Below are positions 8,353-16,682 of a stretch of DNA of 46,530 nucleotides, piece by piece. Source of the stretch: a virus. Its lineage: Duplodnaviria; Caudoviricetes. Position 1 is the stretch's first letter; each line of letters begins with the position of its first letter. Where the stretch lies: positions 1 through 46,530 of the IMG/VR virus record IMGVR_UViG_3300019758_000010. The stretch is one strand, 5' to 3'. A model generated the notes under the pieces. The model was not told the DNA's origin. It saw nothing but the letters and a program-made list of their open reading frames with translations, and did not search any database. The position numbers and the translations under genes were made by a program.

Positions 8353-9111
8353 ATGTATTGTGTAACTATTAAAGGAAGAAATTTAGCAGAGCTTAAGAAA
8401 GCTGTGTCAGACATTAACGATGAGTTACATCAAGGTAAACTTAAAGGTAATGTTCAAAAGAAGATGGAAGGACTTGCTGAAGAAGTAGTCGCAGAAACTA
8501 AACTGGTTAGAGAACCTTTTACACAAACTTCAGGTAGAGCTGAATGTGAAGCACCTGTTAACAGTGCAAGTGAAGTGATTGAAAATACTCTCACTCGACC
8601 TGCAGTGAAAGAAGTTGCACTTAACACTGAATTAGACACCGAAGGTATTCCATGGGATGCACGTATTCACACGAAAGCTAAAACTAAAGTTGCAGCAGGA
8701 ACGTGGAAGTTAATTAGAGGAGTTGATAAAGCTTTAGTAGTTCAAGTAAAAGCTGAACATGCAAGTAATGCACTAAACCCTCCAGTAGTAGTTCAAGCAC
8801 CTGCTACTCCTGTTCAAGCAGCTCCAGTAGTTCAAGCACCTGCTACTCCTGTTCAAGCAGCTCCAGTAGTTCAAGCACCTGCTACTCCTGTTCCTACAAT
8901 GCCTACAGGCGGTCATACAGTTGAAAGTTTTTCTATCAATTTTCCAATGGTTTTCAGTGGACTAATCGGAGAAGGTAAAATTACTCAAGATTATGTTAAT
9001 CAACTTAAAACTTATTTCAATGTTGATGAGATTTGGAACATTGATGAAGAACAAAAAATTCAAGTATACGATCAGTTCGTAAATCTTGGACTTATCACAA
9101 AGGTTGAGTAA
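8353..9111 (+). CDS. Conserved phage protein (GIPWDARIH motif) with a Pro/Ala-rich repeat linker
   Basis: AAGGAG RBS; LD.EGIPWDARIH....K...GTWK..RGVD motif; lies before the DUF2800-like gene. Confidence 0.8.
   Translation: MYCVTIKGRNLAELKKAVSDINDELHQGKLKGNVQKKMEGLAEEVVAETKLVREPFTQTSGRAECEAPVNSASEVIENTLTRPAVKEVALNTELDTEGIPWDARIHTKAKTKVAAGTWKLIRGVDKALVVQVKAEHASNALNPPVVVQAPATPVQAAPVVQAPATPVQAAPVVQAPATPVPTMPTGGHTVESFSINFPMVFSGLIGEGKITQDYVNQLKTYFNVDEIWNIDEEQKIQVYDQFVNLGLITKVE
8785..8892 (+). repeat. About three copies of a 39-bp in-frame repeat (PVVQAPATPVQAA)
   Basis: gtagttcaagcacctgctactcctgttc recurs with a 39-bp period. Confidence 0.9.
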
Positions 9112-10208
9112 TGCACGTTAGATGCTCAGGACTTGCTAGACCTATGGTTTGTGCAGGTTACGTTTTCTTAAAAGATCTTCCAGACTCTGGAACTAATGCT
9201 GCCGCTGAAGCAGGTACTGCAGCAGGTGAACATCTTGAGAGAATGTTACTGAAAAAACCTTTAATCGATACGGCCAGTAACGGAGTTTATATTGATGAAG
9301 ATATGAAATTCCACACTAATGTAGTCTACCAAGATATAATTAGTAGAGCTGCTGAACCTGTTTTATGTGAAGAGAGAATCGACTGGCAGACAACTTCAGG
9401 AATCTGGATTAAAGGTCAGTACGACGCTGCTTTCGTAGACAAGGAAGGTACTCTTTGCATTGAAGATTTAAAGTACGGTTGGGGAATAGTTGAAGTTAAA
9501 GAAAATTGGCAACTACTCGGTTATGCAATAGGTGAAGTAATTCGTAGAAAAAGAGCGTTTGAGAAAATCTCTTTAAAGATTCATCAACCTAGACCACATC
9601 ATGAAGATGGTCCAACTCGCGAATGGGTTTTAACTTATACTGAATTATTAGAGTATAAAGATAAAATCGAAACTCGTATGCAAAACATTATGAACGGTGA
9701 AAAAGATTTTCAAACAAGCAGTAAATGTAAGTACTGTCCGGGTGCTGCTGAAGCTTGCACAGCTTTTAACCGTTTATTTTACAGAGCTTTAGAAGTGACT
9801 ACTGAATTTCACCAAGATAGTATTTCTGATGATGAACTTTCTAGACAGCTTGATCACATTAAGAGAGCTGAAGAAGTTATCAAAATTAAGAAAGATTCCT
9901 TGGTAGAGTTAGGGACTCAAAGAATCAAGCAAGGTAAAATCATTCCGAACTATGTTCAAACTGAGAAGTACGGTAACAGAACATGGAAGAAAGGTGTCAC
10001 ACCTCAATCTATTCAAATGATGACAGGTAAAGACGTTATGAAGAAAACTGTAATGTCACCTGCAGAAGTTGAGAAGATTGGAATCTCAAGAAACTTAGTT
10101 AAACATCTTGCTGAAAAAAGATTCACTGGAGTAACGTTAAAGAAAACTGACACTAGTGAAATGGGTAATAAAATTTTCGGTAATATTAATCCTTTAGGAG
10201 GAAATTAA
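9111..10208 (+). CDS. DUF2800-like PD-(D/E)XK (Cas4-like) exonuclease
   Basis: AAEAGTAAGE, GQYDA, IEDLKYG.G.V...N.QL..YA.G, IHQPR, CKYCP..C. Confidence 0.88.
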   Translation: MHVRCSGLARPMVCAGYVFLKDLPDSGTNAAAEAGTAAGEHLERMLLKKPLIDTASNGVYIDEDMKFHTNVVYQDIISRAAEPVLCEERIDWQTTSGIWIKGQYDAAFVDKEGTLCIEDLKYGWGIVEVKENWQLLGYAIGEVIRRKRAFEKISLKIHQPRPHHEDGPTREWVLTYTELLEYKDKIETRMQNIMNGEKDFQTSSKCKYCPGAAEACTAFNRLFYRALEVTTEFHQDSISDDELSRQLDHIKRAEEVIKIKKDSLVELGTQRIKQGKIIPNYVQTEKYGNRTWKKGVTPQSIQMMTGKDVMKKTVMSPAEVEKIGISRNLVKHLAEKRFTGVTLKKTDTSEMGNKIFGNINPLGGN

Positions 10209-10210
10209 AA

Positions 10211-10501
10211 ATGAATGATTCAATAAAGAAGAAAGTTACAAAGAAGAAAGTTGCAAAGAAGAAAGTTGCAAAGAAGAAAGTTGCAAAGAAGAAAGTTGCA
10301 AAGAAGAAAGTTGCAAAGAAGATATTAACCGATGAGGAGCGTTTCCTTATTCTTGATTCTGAGTTTAAAGCTTTCTGTGATAAACATCAAATTAAAGCAA
10401 TCATGTTCGGTGCTAGTAATACTCTTCAGTGTAATTTACAGTTAACATCTAAAAACTTAGCTACGTTCGAGCGTGCAGGCCTAGTTGAAATTAACAAATA
10501 A
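10211..10501 (+). CDS. Small basic protein with histone H1-like KKKVA repeats
   Basis: AGGAGG RBS; six KKKV(A/T) units followed by a short globular region. Confidence 0.8.
   Translation: MNDSIKKKVTKKKVAKKKVAKKKVAKKKVAKKKVAKKILTDEERFLILDSEFKAFCDKHQIKAIMFGASNTLQCNLQLTSKNLATFERAGLVEINK
10226..10321 (+). repeat. 15-bp tandem repeat aagaagaaagttgca, about six copies
   Basis: Directly visible. Confidence 0.95.
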
Positions 10502-10517
10502 TAATAAGGAAATTAAA

Positions 10518-11453
10518 ATGACAACACAAAGTAACGGAAACAATTTAGTAGTGCAAGGTCGTATAGTTTGGATTACAGGTGAAAGCTTATTCGAAGGTAA
10601 GCAGAAAACTGATTTCAATACTAACGCTCCTGTATTCGGTAACGACGGTAATCCTGTTGTAGAGTACGGTTTCGGAATCGCTATCCCTAAGATCGATCCA
10701 GCTACAGGACAAAACTCAGCAGAGTATGTAAAAGTTTATCAAGCGTTACACGCTGAAGCTTTAACACTTTATCCAGGTGGACAGTTACCTCCAGGTTTCG
10801 CAATGAAATATAAAGACGGTGATTCTGTAGATCATAACGGCAAGTCTTTTAGTGAACGTGAAGGGTATGCAGGTCATATCGTTTTAAGTTGTACTACACA
10901 AATTCCGATTAAGTTTTTCAAATTTGAAGGTGGTAATAACATCTTGGTAAATGACGGGATTAAGAACGGTGATTACGTTAATGTTCAACTTAACATTAAA
11001 GCTCATCCTGCAAAAGGACAAGGGAAGCCGGGACTATATTTAAATCCTTCAGCGGTTCAACTTATTCAAGCAGGTCAAGAAATCATTAAGACACCAAGTG
11101 GAGATGCAATTTTCGGTCAAGCTGCTCCAGCTTACTCAGGACAAGTAGTAGCTGATACAGCTCCTACGATGCCTAACGTAGCTCACGCTCCAGCTGCACC
11201 TGCAATGCCCGGTCAAGCTCCGGCTGCTCCTGTAGCACCTGTAGCACCTGCACCTCATTATGACGTGTTACCTGCAGGACATCAACCTCAAGCTCCTGTT
11301 GCTCCGGCTGCACCTGTAATGCCCGGTCAAGCTCCGGCTGCACCTGTAATGCCCGGTCAAGCTCCGGCTGCACCTGTAATGCCTGTAATGCCCGGTCAAG
11401 CTCCTGTAGCTCACGCTCCGGCTGCACCTGTAATGCCTGTAATGCCTCAATAG
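10518..11453 (+). CDS. Single-stranded DNA-binding protein (DUF2815/gp2.5-like) with a Pro/Ala/Met-rich tail
   Basis: ATG at 10518 after TAAGGA; GDYVNV.LNI.......PGLYLNPSAVQL..G resembles the OB-fold end of this family; located between exonuclease and polymerase. Confidence 0.75.
   Translation: MTTQSNGNNLVVQGRIVWITGESLFEGKQKTDFNTNAPVFGNDGNPVVEYGFGIAIPKIDPATGQNSAEYVKVYQALHAEALTLYPGGQLPPGFAMKYKDGDSVDHNGKSFSEREGYAGHIVLSCTTQIPIKFFKFEGGNNILVNDGIKNGDYVNVQLNIKAHPAKGQGKPGLYLNPSAVQLIQAGQEIIKTPSGDAIFGQAAPAYSGQVVADTAPTMPNVAHAPAAPAMPGQAPAAPVAPVAPAPHYDVLPAGHQPQAPVAPAAPVMPGQAPAAPVMPGQAPAAPVMPVMPGQAPVAHAPAAPVMPVMPQ
11180..11450 (+). repeat. Degenerate in-frame repeats encoding APAAPVMPGQ
   Basis: gctccggctgcacctgtaatgcccggtcaa recurs. 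Confidence 0.9.
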
Positions 11454-11462
11454 AGAAAGCAG

Positions 11463-11495
11463 AGACCTGAGTATGTCTAATGAAAAAACTGCTCA
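11463..11495 (+). promoter_or_regulatory. Compact H-type pseudoknot candidate between ssb and the polymerase gene
   Basis: AGAC/GTCT stem; loop TGAGTA pairs with TGCTCA 11490-11495; A-rich linker AATGAAAAAAC. Confidence 0.5.
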
Positions 11496-11522
11496 CCTTA
11501 ATTTAAAAAAAACGAGAAGAGA

Positions 11523-13475
11523 ATGAGCCGTTACTACACATACGATTTAGAAGTTTACCCTAATATCTTTACGTTTTGCGGAAAGTTTAAAGGATCTGAA
11601 GAAGTTCAATTATTTGAAATTTCTGATCGTAAAAATCAACTTCAAGAACTCGTTACGTTTATATCGTACCTAAGAAACGTAGGTGCGGAAATGGTAGGTT
11701 TTAATAACTTAGGTTATGACTACTTTCTCATACATCAAATAATGAATAACCCTTACAACTTTACTTACGAAACTGCTTATAATTTATCGCAGAGAATTTT
11801 CCAATCTCAGTATGGCGGAAAAAGAATGAGAGGTATCGGACCATCTAATAGAGTCGTACCACAGATTGACATGATGAAAGTGTGTCACTTTGACAATAAA
11901 GCTAAGATGACAAGTTTAAAAGCCTTGCAGTTCGCTATGAGATCTGAATCCTTAGAAGATTTACCGTTTGATATCAGAGCTTTAAATGACCAAGAGAAAG
12001 ACACGCTTTGCTCTTATAACGTTCATGATGTTACTGAGACTGAAAAGTTCTTCTTAAAGAATGAACATCTTATCGACATGAGAAGAGAATATATAACAAA
12101 CGGTACATTACTAGGAGATGTTTTAAATTATAACGACACTAAGATCGGTGCTGAGTATATGATTTCCAGATTAGGAAAAGGTAAATGCTACTCAGGTGGA
12201 AAACCTCGTCAAACATTTAGAGAGTCAGTTGAGTTCCGTAAGATTATTCTACCTAAGATAAAATTCAGAACAGAACCTTTTCAAGAAGTGCTTTCTTGGT
12301 TCATGCAACAAACGTTTTATGTAGCAGGTGGTACACGTCCTAAATTAGAAAAACATTTAGCTGGCCTGGAGTTTCATTTCGGACTAGGTGGAGTTCACGC
12401 TTCAGCAGATAACAAAATATTTCACACTACTGACACTCATCAAATTATTGACATCGATGTTGCCAGTATGTATCCGGCCGTAGCGATTGTTAATAGAATC
12501 GCGCCTGAACATTTAGGTGAAAGTTTCGTAACAGCGTATAGACAAATTAGAGATGACCGTATGAGATACGCTAAAGGTACTTCCCAAAACGGTATGCTTA
12601 AGCTTGCGCTTAACGGGACGTACGGTAATTCGAATAATACTTTCTCACCTTTCTATGATCCTCGATATACTTACTCAGTTACAGTCAATGGTCAGTTGCA
12701 ATTATTACAGTTAGCGGAGATGATCGACTTGATTCCTGATTGCGAAATTATTCAAGTCAATACTGATGGTATTACAGTTAGACTTAATAATGAGTATAAA
12801 TATCTTTTCGACTTGTGGTGTGGTGAATGGGAGAGAGAAACAGGACTTGTACTTGAAGAAGTTTTATATAATCGCATGTGGATCAGAGACGTTAATAATT
12901 ATATTTCTGAAACAATGGACGGAAAATTAAAACGTAAAGGTGCGTATTGGTATCCTACGAATGATAAAGAGTATGAAGGGTGGTGGAACAAAGACTTTTC
13001 TAATTTAGCATCTAAGAAAGCCACCGAGAAAGTATTAACTGATTCTTGGCCAGTGGAAGCTGCTATAAGACTTGTGACAGATCCTTTCGACTTCATGCTT
13101 AGATATAAATGTCCTAAAGCCTCTAATCTTTACATAGGAAATGAGAAGCAGCTTAAGACTGTTAGGTATTATGTATCGACTGCAGGTCAACCGATGAAGA
13201 AGATTTCACCACCTAAAGGTGAAGAAGGACAGTATAAACGTAAGAACAAATTAACAGATAAGTTCTTCGATCAAGTCATGAGTGAAATCGGTAAAGATAA
13301 ATGGGACGAACGTATACATACCAAGAATAAAAGTAAGTATGCAATTAGAGAGTCGTCTATTCAGTCAGGGTGGAAAGTCAAGCAATGTAACGTAGCTAGT
13401 GACTTCAATTGGAACGATGTTGACTGGAACTATTACATAGAAGAATCGAAGAAGAATATCATAGGGAGTAAATAA
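11523..13475 (+). CDS. Family B DNA polymerase with 3'-5' exonuclease domain
   Basis: YDLE (ExoI), GFNNLGYD (ExoII), YNVHDV (ExoIII), DIDVASMYP, KLALNGTYG, NTDG. Confidence 0.93.
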   Translation: MSRYYTYDLEVYPNIFTFCGKFKGSEEVQLFEISDRKNQLQELVTFISYLRNVGAEMVGFNNLGYDYFLIHQIMNNPYNFTYETAYNLSQRIFQSQYGGKRMRGIGPSNRVVPQIDMMKVCHFDNKAKMTSLKALQFAMRSESLEDLPFDIRALNDQEKDTLCSYNVHDVTETEKFFLKNEHLIDMRREYITNGTLLGDVLNYNDTKIGAEYMISRLGKGKCYSGGKPRQTFRESVEFRKIILPKIKFRTEPFQEVLSWFMQQTFYVAGGTRPKLEKHLAGLEFHFGLGGVHASADNKIFHTTDTHQIIDIDVASMYPAVAIVNRIAPEHLGESFVTAYRQIRDDRMRYAKGTSQNGMLKLALNGTYGNSNNTFSPFYDPRYTYSVTVNGQLQLLQLAEMIDLIPDCEIIQVNTDGITVRLNNEYKYLFDLWCGEWERETGLVLEEVLYNRMWIRDVNNYISETMDGKLKRKGAYWYPTNDKEYEGWWNKDFSNLASKKATEKVLTDSWPVEAAIRLVTDPFDFMLRYKCPKASNLYIGNEKQLKTVRYYVSTAGQPMKKISPPKGEEGQYKRKNKLTDKFFDQVMSEIGKDKWDERIHTKNKSKYAIRESSIQSGWKVKQCNVASDFNWNDVDWNYYIEESKKNIIGSK

Positions 13476-13715
13476 ATGAATGTTTTCAGTGAGAGAGAAC
13501 AAAAGGTAATCGATATCATAGGTCGCAAGAAGCTGACTTACACTGATATAGGAGTAGAACTTTATAAGAATCAATCCAAACCTTTAGATTGTACTATTAC
13601 AGTAGGTAATTGTGTAAGTAGAATTATAAAGAAGTGTACTTATTATAAATTAGATTGGACTCTTACAAAACGTAGAGAGAACAAAAGATTATACATTAAA
13701 AAGGAGAAGAAATGA
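13476..13715 (+). CDS. Small HTH (LuxR/winged-helix-like) DNA-binding protein
   Basis: FSEREQKVIDIIG...TYTDIGVELY.....TVGNCVSRIIKK. Confidence 0.6.
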   Translation: MNVFSEREQKVIDIIGRKKLTYTDIGVELYKNQSKPLDCTITVGNCVSRIIKKCTYYKLDWTLTKRRENKRLYIKKEKK

Positions 13716-14335
13716 AAAGATTTATGATTGACATTGAAACGACAGGTGTAAATAGAGAGACCGATGACATTATCGAAATCGCTATTGTTGAGATGGTTCC
13801 CATCGATGAAATGCGTCCTAAAGTGTACAGAGCAGGTGAGCAGTATCACAGAGTGCTTCACACTGATAAACGTCCAGAAGGTAAGTTCGCTATTGAAAAC
13901 ATGAGCGAGCTTTACGATAAGGCTAACTTGGTAAACGAGAGGTTAACACCTGAAGAGATCAGAGAAGAGATTAATAAGTTCCTCTACAGTTGCGGAGGTG
14001 AAGGTGCGAAAAATACTCAGCTTGTAGGATTCAACGCAGGTATTTTCGATGTTCAGTTCATGTTCGATAAAGGTTACTTGATTCCTTCCGGGTACGATGA
14101 AGAGAATAATCTTACTGGAGATGTTCACTATAGGATTTACGACATGACAGGTGTTATTGAAGGACTTAGTGATTCTTACGGACTACCAAGGAAAGTGATT
14201 CAAGGTATGGCGAAACATTCTACGCCTTATAAACTTCCTTTACCTGAAGGAAAAGATCACGACGCTTTATACGATTGTTACAAGCAGATCAATCTACTTA
14301 ATGGACTAAACGCAGTTCGTACAATTTTAAAATAG
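13712..14335 (+). CDS. DEDDh 3'-5' exonuclease
   Basis: IDIETTG, GFNAGIFD, HDALYD. Confidence 0.9.
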   Translation: MKRFMIDIETTGVNRETDDIIEIAIVEMVPIDEMRPKVYRAGEQYHRVLHTDKRPEGKFAIENMSELYDKANLVNERLTPEEIREEINKFLYSCGGEGAKNTQLVGFNAGIFDVQFMFDKGYLIPSGYDEENNLTGDVHYRIYDMTGVIEGLSDSYGLPRKVIQGMAKHSTPYKLPLPEGKDHDALYDCYKQINLLNGLNAVRTILK

Positions 14336-14344
14336 GAGAAGAAC

Positions 14345-14752
14345 ATGATTAATTCGATTAAACATTTAACAGAGATCAACGGTAAGAAGATGTGTGTAAT
14401 GGACGAGCTTAGAGAGAAGTTCCCTGAGAAGTTTAACGAGTCAGGAGCTATGGACTACAAGTGGTTCGAGTCTGAAATTAGACCTAACTTTAACATCTTT
14501 GTTCGTCACGATGTAGATTCAATTTCTTTTAATATGTTAACTAAACCTGCTTCAGAAGGTGGAGACCTTAACAGATGTCAATGGTCAGACTTAGTTGATC
14601 TTGGTCTTGAGCAGCTTAAGTATTTTAACAGGAAATTTCCATGTAGAGAAAATGCTATAGCAATTACCAAGATAGAAGAAGGTCTTATGTGGAACGATAA
14701 GAGGACCGCAGATCGTAAAGCTAGAAACGTGGAGGGAATAAATGTCAAATAA
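14345..14752 (+). CDS. Tad1/Acb2-family anti-defence nucleotide-sponge protein
   Basis: C-terminal FPCRENAIAITKIEEGLMWNDKRTADRKARNVEG matches the Tad1 signature CREN..A.TK.EEA.MWL.KRT.DR..RGVEG. Confidence 0.8.
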   Translation: MINSIKHLTEINGKKMCVMDELREKFPEKFNESGAMDYKWFESEIRPNFNIFVRHDVDSISFNMLTKPASEGGDLNRCQWSDLVDLGLEQLKYFNRKFPCRENAIAITKIEEGLMWNDKRTADRKARNVEGINVK

Positions 14753-15374
14753 CGTAATAGATATTAAAAGCTTTTCTAATGAAGAGTTATTAAAAGAAGT
14801 TGAAAACCGTATGAGGTTGAACAACGGTGTAGGAGTTTTAGCTCCTACACCTAGTGTTCCACCACCTGTAATCACTCCGTACTATATCATGTGTAGAATG
14901 GTAGCGAATGGTTGGGCGGAAAATAGAAAGAAAGGTGAGACTGATCCTCGCATTAAAAAGATGTGGGAATATATAGGTTACCCTGAACTTGACGATGATG
15001 ATTCATATTGTGCAGCTACTGTGAATGCCTGTTTAAAACTCGCAGGATATGAGATGTCAGAGAAAGTTCCGGTAGCTAGATCGTTCGAGACTTATGGTAG
15101 AGCAGTTAACAATGTCTTTAGCTGGAAGAAAGGTGATATCATCGTGTTTAAACACGGCAATAGTTCATGGCAAGGACATGTAGGTTTTCTAACTGATTTC
15201 TCTCCTGACAATTTCTTGGTCACTGGCGGGAATCAAAACGATAAGATGTGTACTAAGAAATATCCTAGAAGTGAACACGCACGTTTACAGGTTACAACCC
15301 TTAGAAGAATTACTGACATGAATAAAGTTGGTGAACCAGATTTACAAACGTTAAGAGAGTGGGAGTTAATATAA
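14742..15374 (+). CDS. TIGR02594-like CHAP/NlpC-P60 peptidoglycan hydrolase
   Basis: DDDSYCAATVNACL, ARSF..YG, GDIIVF, GHVGF, GGNQ. Confidence 0.85.
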   Translation: MSNNVIDIKSFSNEELLKEVENRMRLNNGVGVLAPTPSVPPPVITPYYIMCRMVANGWAENRKKGETDPRIKKMWEYIGYPELDDDDSYCAATVNACLKLAGYEMSEKVPVARSFETYGRAVNNVFSWKKGDIIVFKHGNSSWQGHVGFLTDFSPDNFLVTGGNQNDKMCTKKYPRSEHARLQVTTLRRITDMNKVGEPDLQTLREWELI

Positions 15375-15778
15375 TGTTAAACGCTAAAATTTTAAATGAC
15401 ATGTCTAAGAAGATTTTCAGTAACAACGTAGATGTTGGTTGGTGGACTCTTGATGATATTACTTGTAATTCTAAAGACAAAAGGTCAGGAAAATATACCA
15501 AGGAAGCTGCGACATTAATTGCTTCAAAATTATGTCTATGTCACAGTGAACTTTCAGAGGCCTTAGAAGGTATGAGAAAAGGTTTAAAAGACGATCATCT
15601 ACCTACTAGAGACATGGTAGAAGTGGAGCTTGCTGATACTATTATCAGGATCTTAGATCTTGCAGGTTACATGAATCTTGATATAGGTGGTGCGGTTGAA
15701 GAAAAATTTCTTTACAATCAATCTAGATCAGATCATAAATTAAGTAACAGAGACTCTGCAGGTGGGAAAACTATTTAG
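15374..15778 (+). CDS. MazG-like nucleotide pyrophosphohydrolase
   Basis: KLCLCHSELSEALEGMRK, VEVELADTIIRILDLAG; start chosen at the TAATG overlap with GGAG RBS. Confidence 0.85.
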   Translation: MLNAKILNDMSKKIFSNNVDVGWWTLDDITCNSKDKRSGKYTKEAATLIASKLCLCHSELSEALEGMRKGLKDDHLPTRDMVEVELADTIIRILDLAGYMNLDIGGAVEEKFLYNQSRSDHKLSNRDSAGGKTI

Positions 15779-15794
15779 TTAACTCATCGGAAGG

Positions 15795-15830
15795 AAGGAG
15801 AAGACGTTATGAACCTTCTCCTTTTTTTTT
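15795..15830 (+). terminator. Intrinsic terminator at the convergence of replication and late blocks
   Basis: aaggagaag / cttctcctt stem followed by a T run. Confidence 0.8.
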
Positions 15831-16608
15831 ACAACTTCGAACAAATACTTCTATCTTCATTCACTAGCTTCTCAACACTCTTATACATATTCTCACATGA
15901 CTTCAGATATTCAGCTTCTTTTCTAATTAATGGTCCGAAATGTCTCATTTGTGAACGAATCAAAACAGAACCCCACTCTACAGCGAATGCAGGGCAGTTC
16001 TTAGAGAGCTTCTGGTAGACTGTACCTTCGCCATTACCCCATGTTTTAGCGTCGTGAGATCTGCAATTAACCCCTTTAGAAAACGTTTCTAGGAGACATG
16101 ACTTCTTACCTGTCTTGTATTCTTCGTAAATACGGCTGAATTCTTGGTGATTGAACACTCTTGATACGTATGCGACCTGGAAAAGTCCTGCTTCGGCATT
16201 TGAAGCTTTTACCCAATTAGCTGAACGATCACGTCCCGTACAATGTTTGCCTGAAGACTCACGCATTCCTAAACCGTGAAGGATTGTAAACGTTGAAAGT
16301 TCTCCGGCCTGGAGATTATACCAAGAAAGAACATCTTTCCTTGAATCGTAATAACCTGAAGACTTTATAAATTCACTTCCCATTCCGCACAATTGCCTAG
16401 CATACATTTTAACCATTCCACGAACGTAAGACTTAGGTGCAACACTTCTGTTTTTAAATTTATATCTAGCACATAGTGAAGTATCTGCTATCTCAGTTAG
16501 ACTCGTCGAAGTCTCAATCACTTCCGGCCCAGGTAATACAACTTCAGGAATCTTTTTAGTAGTGCAGGAGACTGCAATACACATTAACATTATTAAAATA
16601 AATCTCAT
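15829..16608 (-). CDS. Lysozyme/transglycosylase-fold protein with lipoprotein signal (endolysin candidate)
   Basis: MRFILIMLMCIAVSC; LGMRESSG (catalytic Glu-Ser) and AEAGLFQ motifs; last gene of the late block. Confidence 0.7.
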   Translation of the reverse strand: MRFILIMLMCIAVSCTTKKIPEVVLPGPEVIETSTSLTEIADTSLCARYKFKNRSVAPKSYVRGMVKMYARQLCGMGSEFIKSSGYYDSRKDVLSWYNLQAGELSTFTILHGLGMRESSGKHCTGRDRSANWVKASNAEAGLFQVAYVSRVFNHQEFSRIYEEYKTGKKSCLLETFSKGVNCRSHDAKTWGNGEGTVYQKLSKNCPAFAVEWGSVLIRSQMRHFGPLIRKEAEYLKSCENMYKSVEKLVNEDRSICSKL

Positions 16609-16623
16609 ATATAATCCTTAGTT

Positions 16624-16656
16624 AAAAAAAAAAAGCCCCACGAAATTGCAGGGCTT
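16624..16656 (-). terminator. Intrinsic terminator directly upstream of the endolysin candidate
   Basis: Minus strand aagccctgcaatttcgtggggc followed by about 11 T. Confidence 0.85.
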
Positions 16657-16682
16657 AATATTATTTTCAATTTTTGTGATGC

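Noticed and set aside
11173-11496. Antisense ORFs with LQVQPELDRA and HYRCSRS repeats
   Set aside because: Shadows of the repetitive Pro/Ala tail of the SSB-like gene; no RBS.
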